This document shows, piece after piece, positions 36,802 through 41,344 of a stretch of 41,344 bases of DNA. Source of the stretch: Flavobacteriaceae bacterium (GTDB lineage Bacteria > Bacteroidota > Bacteroidia > Flavobacteriales > Flavobacteriaceae). The notes beneath the pieces are model-generated. The model saw only the letters and a list, made by a program, of their open reading frames with translations. It did no database searches and was not told where the DNA came from. How positions within the stretch are numbered: the first letter of the stretch is position 1; each line of letters begins with the position of its first letter. The translations under genes and the position numbers were made by a program. The DNA is taken from NCBI GenBank assembly GCA_030694835.1, contig JAUYUF010000085.1:1-41344 (forward strand), in the 5' to 3' direction.

Positions 36802-37644
36802 ATGAAAAATACTGTAATTATAAAAGAGAGTGGAGACAAGGCTATTTTTAACAGTGATAAACTACGCGCTTCACTTCAAAAATCTGGTGCAACTGAATTA
36901 TCAATACAAATAATTATTAATGAAATTGAATCAATTCTATTTGATGGAATAACTACTAAAGAAATTTATAAAAGAGCCTTTGCTATTTTACGTAAACATT
37001 CTCGTCCTACAGCTTCTAGATACAAACTCAAAAAAGGGATTTTAGAGTTAGGACCATCAGGCTTTCCATTTGAAAAATTTGTTGGTGAATTATTAAAAAA
37101 TCAAGCTTACAAAGTCGAAGTTGGCGTTTTTGTGCAAGGGCTGTGTGTGAGGCATGAAGTGGATGTTATTGCAGAAAAAGATAACCAATATTTCATGATT
37201 GAATGTAAATTTCATAGTTCCTTCAATATGAAGTGCAATGTAAAAATTCCGTTATACATTCAATCTCGATTTTTGGATATCGAAAAACAACGAAACAAAC
37301 AAACGGTGAATGCAAATAAACTTCAACAAGGTTGGCTGTTAACCAATACTCAATTTACAACAGACGCCATTCAGTTTGGAGAATGTGTTGGATTAAAAAT
37401 GGTGAGTTGGGATTATCCAAAAGGAGAAAGTTTAAAAGATATAATCAGTAATTCTGGCTTATACCCCATTACATGTTTAAATACCATTACAAAAGCCGAA
37501 AAACAACAATTACTCGCCAAAGACATTGTGTTATGTAAACAATTATGTAAGTTCACCGAGGTTTTAAATCAGATGGGGATCTCCAAAACCCGAAAAAAAA
37601 ATATATTGGATGATGCACATGCGCTATGTAAAAGTATTTTATAA
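36802..37644 (+). CDS. ATP-cone domain fused to a PD-(D/E)xK (Mrr-like) restriction-endonuclease-fold domain
   Basis: The N-terminal ~90 aa resemble an ATP-cone (VIKESGDKAIFNSDKLRASLQKSG...ITTKEIYKRAF). The core is FEKFVGELLK...HEVDVIAEKDNQYFMIECKF (D at 37162-37164, E-C-K at 37201-37209). Confidence 0.7.
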   Translation: MKNTVIIKESGDKAIFNSDKLRASLQKSGATELSIQIIINEIESILFDGITTKEIYKRAFAILRKHSRPTASRYKLKKGILELGPSGFPFEKFVGELLKNQAYKVEVGVFVQGLCVRHEVDVIAEKDNQYFMIECKFHSSFNMKCNVKIPLYIQSRFLDIEKQRNKQTVNANKLQQGWLLTNTQFTTDAIQFGECVGLKMVSWDYPKGESLKDIISNSGLYPITCLNTITKAEKQQLLAKDIVLCKQLCKFTEVLNQMGISKTRKKNILDDAHALCKSIL

Positions 37645-37663
37645 TTACTAATTCTAAATAATT

Positions 37664-40165
37664 ATGATGAAACATAGCTATAAAATATCTGGAATGACTT
37701 GTAACGGTTGCAGAAGCAATGCTGAAAATACATTAAATAACATAAAAGGTGTATTAAAAGCTACTGTATATTTAGATGAAGGCAAAGCAGAAGTTGAAAT
37801 GGAAAAACATATTTCAACTGAAACTCTTCAGCAAGAATTTTTAAAAGCAGGATTGCATTATACTATTGAAATTCCTGGAAAAGAAAACAATCATGAAAAG
37901 CATTACCACAAATCTGAAATTATAAAAGATGGAAATGGAATTTTTTACTGTCCGATGCATTGCGAAGGTGAAAAAACATATGATAAAGCGGGCGATTGCC
38001 CTGTTTGTGGGATGGATTTACTAGAACAACAAAAATTAGTACAGGATATAAAATTTACCTGCCCAATGCATCCTGATATAGTGAAAGATATCCCAGGGTC
38101 TTGTCCTATTTGCGGTATGGATTTAATACCAATGAAACCTGACGAAAGTGCGGAACTAAAAACATATAAAGGCTTAGTTAATAAAATGAAAGTTGCGTTG
38201 CTTTTTTCAGTTCCGATTTTACTTATTGCCATGGCTGATATGCTGCCAAACAATCCTCTTTTAAAACTTTTATCACACTATAACTGGAATTGGGTTCAAT
38301 TCTTTTTATCTATTCCAGTGGTTTTTTATGCCTGTTGGATGTTTTATGAACGCGCCTGGAAATCAATTATCACTTGGAATTTAAACATGTTTACATTAAT
38401 TGGGATTGGCACAGGTGTTGCTTTTATTTTTAGCATCTTCGCTTTATTATTTCCTGATATTTTTCCAGAACAATTTAAAACAGCAAGTGGTACTGTATTC
38501 GTTTATTTTGAAGCGACTTCCGTTATTTTAACGTTGGTTTTATTGGGTCAATTATTAGAAGCCAGAGCACATAGTCAAACAAGTGGAGCTATTAAAGAAC
38601 TCTTAAAATTAGCACCAACCGAAGCCATGTTGGTAACTCCTGATGGAAAAGATCAAGTGATATCAATTCACGCTATTAAAAAAGGTGATTTATTACGAGT
38701 AAAACCAGGAGATAAAATACCAGTGGATGGAAAAATTACAGAAGGTAAGAGTCATATTGACGAATCTATGATTACAGGAGAACCGATTCCTGTTGATAAA
38801 CAAGTGGGAGATTTAGTAAGTTCAGGGACTATTAATGGAAATAAATCATTTGTAATGATAGCCGAAAAAGTAGGTTCAGAAACCTTGCTTTCACAAATAA
38901 TTCAAATGGTTAATAATGCCAGTAGATCAAAAGCTCCTATTCAAAAATTAGCAGATAAAATTTCTAAATACTTTGTGCCCATAGTTGTTTTTACCTCCAT
39001 TATCACCTTTATTGTTTGGGCTTATTTCGGACCCGAACCTGCCCTTGTTTTTGCTTTTGTAAACGCCATAGCTGTTTTAATTATAGCTTGTCCATGCGCC
39101 TTAGGATTGGCAACTCCCATGTCGGTCATGGTGGGTGTTGGAAAAGGGGCTTTGAACGGAATTTTAATAAAAAATGCTGAAGCGTTGGAAAATTTAAACA
39201 AAGTCAATGTGTTAATAACCGATAAAACCGGCACCATCACTGAAGGAAAACCATCGGTTGAAAAAGTAGTTGATTTATCGGGTAAGTCTGATGAAGTGTT
39301 GCTTCAATACATCGCTTCTGTAAATCACTATAGTGAACATCCATTAGCAGAAGCTGTTGTTAATTATAGTAATGATAAAAATATAACATTAATTGCGGTT
39401 AATGATTTTGAAGCCATTTCTGGGAAAGGCGTTATTGGAACCGTTAATTCCAAAAAAATTGCATTGGGAAATAAGAAGTTGATGGAACAAATAAAGGCAG
39501 TAATATCACAAGAAATTGATCTTAAAGTCATTAGTGAACAAAAACTAGGAAAAACAGTTTCTTATATTTCAGTTGACCAACAAGTGCTGGGTTATGTATG
39601 TATTACTGACGCCATCAAAAAAACCAGTAAAGAAGCAATTGCTTTATTACAACAACAAGGTATCGAAGTTATTATGTTAACCGGCGATAATGACAATACG
39701 GCCAAAGCTGTTGCTGCTGAATTAAACTTATCATCTTATAAAGCTGAATGTTTACCAGAAGATAAATTAAACATCATAAAAGCACTTCAAAAAGAAGGTA
39801 AAATTGTTGCCATGGCTGGTGATGGAATTAATGATGCCCCTGCATTAGCACAAGCTGATATCGGAATTGCTATGGGAACAGGTACTGATGTAGCTATAGA
39901 AAGTGCCGAAGTTACTTTGGTAAAAGGTGATTTATTGGGCATTGTAAAAGCTAAAAACTTAAGCACTCATGTAATGAAAAACATCAAACAAAATCTGTTT
40001 TTTGCATTTATCTATAATGTATTGGGAATCCCAATTGCTGCTGGTCTTTTATTTCCATTTTTCGGAATCTTACTTTCACCAATGATTGCCGCGACAGCTA
40101 TGAGTTTTAGTTCTGTTTCTGTGATTGCTAATTCGTTGCGGTTGAGAAATATTTCTTTAGAATAA
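37664..40165 (+). CDS. copA: Cu(I)/Ag(I)-exporting P1B-1-type ATPase
   Basis: HMA GMTCNGC, and two CPMH...CPxCGMDL heavy-metal-binding modules. TM CPC ([11 protein letters not shown]), DKTGTIT and [10 protein letters not shown]7 YN and TM8 P-x6-MSFSS signatures indicate Cu+ specificity. Confidence 0.93.
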   Translation: MMKHSYKISGMTCNGCRSNAENTLNNIKGVLKATVYLDEGKAEVEMEKHISTETLQQEFLKAGLHYTIEIPGKENNHEKHYHKSEIIKDGNGIFYCPMHCEGEKTYDKAGDCPVCGMDLLEQQKLVQDIKFTCPMHPDIVKDIPGSCPICGMDLIPMKPDESAELKTYKGLVNKMKVALLFSVPILLIAMADMLPNNPLLKLLSHYNWNWVQFFLSIPVVFYACWMFYERAWKSIITWNLNMFTLIGIGTGVAFIFSIFALLFPDIFPEQFKTASGTVFVYFEATSVILTLVLLGQLLEARAHSQTSGAIKELLKLAPTEAMLVTPDGKDQVISIHAIKKGDLLRVKPGDKIPVDGKITEGKSHIDESMITGEPIPVDKQVGDLVSSGTINGNKSFVMIAEKVGSETLLSQIIQMVNNASRSKAPIQKLADKISKYFVPIVVFTSIITFIVWAYFGPEPALVFAFVNAIAVLIIACPCALGLATPMSVMVGVGKGALNGILIKNAEALENLNKVNVLITDKTGTITEGKPSVEKVVDLSGKSDEVLLQYIASVNHYSEHPLAEAVVNYSNDKNITLIAVNDFEAISGKGVIGTVNSKKIALGNKKLMEQIKAVISQEIDLKVISEQKLGKTVSYISVDQQVLGYVCITDAIKKTSKEAIALLQQQGIEVIMLTGDNDNTAKAVAAELNLSSYKAECLPEDKLNIIKALQKEGKIVAMAGDGINDAPALAQADIGIAMGTGTDVAIESAEVTLVKGDLLGIVKAKNLSTHVMKNIKQNLFFAFIYNVLGIPIAAGLLFPFFGILLSPMIAATAMSFSSVSVIANSLRLRNISLE

Positions 40166-40445
40166 TTCGAATGTTTCGGTTTGCTGTTATTTACGAAATT
40201 GCAACTGTATAATTCTGAAAAATAAAAAAAGACTTTATTAATTCTTCATCTGAAATGAATTATCACCTGTAAAATAGCAATCATAGTTTAATTACTTATA
40301 TATTTTTGCAATAAAATATAGCATTTGCTTTATAAAAAGTAATTTATTTTTATATTCGCATATCCCCTAGAAGTCTGCATTCATTTATAATCAATAATAA
40401 TGCATCTCTTAAAGGTATAAATTGATGTATAATTATTTGATATAA

Positions 40446-41344
40446 TGAAAAACATTGAGCTTAAATTATTGGCAATTGTAGTGTTGGTTGCTATTTTAGG
40501 ATTAGTTGGTTGGACAAGTAATTGGAGTGTCTTAACAAGTTTTTCAAAGAATTTTGTGCCTATAGCGCCTTTAGCCGCTGTATTGTTTATATTTACAAGT
40601 ATTACCTATTCTTCTTTATATTTAAAAAACAATAAATTAATAAAACTGCTGGCTTACCCTCTGTTAATTTTAACTTTATTCTTAGCATTATTTAACTTGG
40701 TTGATTTCTTTTTAATCCCTGGATGGGATTTTGAAAAGATCTTTTTTAGAAATCTATTTGGTGAAAAGGTATATGGTCATATGTCGCCAGTTGCCAGTTT
40801 ATTATTTATCACCTCTTCCTTTTTCGTTATTTTATTAAAAAAACTTAATGTAAAAATCTCTCAATTTATTCCTAAGACGCTCTTTTATATTCAACTTTCA
40901 ATTAGTACATTTTTTTTAATATCATATATTGAAAATATAAGTCAACTGTATAGTCATAGATGGATGGTCTTGTCTGCACCAACAGCTCTGTGCTTTTTTA
41001 TTTTAAGCATTGTTCATCTTTATAATATTAAATTTAATGTTTGGCCTTTTCAATATTTTTCAAAAACAGATATAACTAGCAGATTAATTAGAAAATTCTT
41101 ACCAACAATACTGTTATTTATAATATTTATAGAAACCCTAAATATTCATTATTTCTCTTATATAAATCACCTTTTTTCTCCAATTGTAATCTTATTAGTA
41201 ATTATTGTTTTTATTTATTTCTTGATTGTTACTATTTCTAAAAGTATTGGTCAAAACTTAGAAAAAATAAATCAAAATTTAATTGATAGTGAAGAACGCT
41301 ATAAAAGTGTTGTAGATATTTCTCCAAGTGGTATATTAATTCAC
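40446..41344 (+). CDS. Membrane sensor protein, N-terminal part (multi-TM sensing module followed by the start of a PAS domain; probably a histidine kinase)
   Basis: Manual translation from ATG 40446 gives MKNIELKLLAIVVLVAILG... It has about 8 hydrophobic segments, then EERYKSVVDISPSGILIH, which is typical of a PAS N-cap. It runs off the window end. Confidence 0.6.

Noticed and set aside
37593-37601. A9 run inside the ATP-cone nuclease coding region as a frameshift or phase-variation site.
   Set aside because: It encodes the Lys-rich TRKKN segment in an intact frame near the C-terminus. A9 is not exceptional at this AT content, and no alternative frame product is evident.
2825-39240. Short ORFs (60-107 aa) lying antisense to, or out of frame within, larger well-supported genes. 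Track entries: 2825-3049, 4665-4859, 7820-8011, 9542-9781, 9724-9951, 11319-11522, 12114-12302, 14329-14529, 15086-15280, 16958-17281, 19020-19238, 19436-19678, 19533-19736, 20185-20385, 26171-26422, 28517-28762, 29405-29605, 31292-31489, 31652-31861, 33761-34060, 35040-35234, 35730-35912, 37945-38253, 39022-39240.
   Set aside because: Each overlaps a gene with clear family motifs. Their translations are low-complexity or motif-free, and AT-rich genomes generate such shadow ORFs by chance.
36771-40259. Possible direct repeats flanking the nuclease-copA module: TTTATTAAT...GAAATGAA at 36771-36789 and 40234-40259.
   Set aside because: Only 9 + 8 nt match, with different spacing, in AT-rich intergenic DNA. 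That is within chance expectation and is not accepted as att or target-duplication evidence.
40166-40445. 280-bp non-coding stretch after copA, examined for a riboswitch, sRNA or small ORF.
   Set aside because: It holds only weak 5-6-bp AT hairpins, ORFs of 12 codons or fewer, and a single TAnnTTTG match (40301-40308) that probably serves the downstream sensor gene. No conserved riboswitch-like core is recognisable by eye.

Overview
AT-rich chromosomal segment from a Bacteroidota genome, probably class Flavobacteriia. Supporting markers are GLPGLI paralogs, DUF3098, a T9SS C-terminal sorting domain, TAnnTTTG -7 promoter boxes and no Shine-Dalgarno sequences. No rRNA, tRNA, CRISPR array, transposase or integrase was found.

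Layout:
- 1-10 kb is a housekeeping backbone: tdh-like dehydrogenase, truB-uppP-DUF3098-ftsX, mce, rbfA-lolE-like, dusB.
- 10.0-14.7 kb is a Bacteroidota-specific outer-membrane cluster. It holds a CarboxypepD_reg/TonB-dependent-receptor-like barrel, two GLPGLI proteins and a small 4-Cys secreted peptide.
- 14.7-16.4 kb is a small accessory islet: a 177-bp nested palindromic element, three 32-bp phased direct repeats and an orphan AAA/DUF4143 ATPase with a nuclease-like motif.
- 16.4-19.4 kb carries a PD40 lipoprotein and lepA.
- 19.5-33.0 kb is the most interesting part. A divergent atypical 2[4Fe-4S] ferredoxin sits next to korAB (2-oxoglutarate:ferredoxin oxidoreductase). korAB runs without a recognisable promoter or strong terminator into an 11-gene complex I operon, nuoABCD-HIJKLMN. 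The NADH-oxidising genes nuoEFG are absent. A translationally coupled unknown 108-aa ORF follows nuoN.
- 33-41 kb carries a CPA1 antiporter, a YeiH-like transporter, an orphan T9SS-CTD gene remnant, an ATP-cone/PD-(D/E)xK nuclease fusion 19 bp upstream of a Cu(I) P1B-ATPase, and the start of a PAS sensor protein.

Main hypothesis: a hard-wired 2-oxoglutarate -> ferredoxin -> NDH-1-like (ferredoxin:quinone) respiratory module with a candidate novel accessory subunit. All functional calls come from motif and family recognition by eye. No database search was run.
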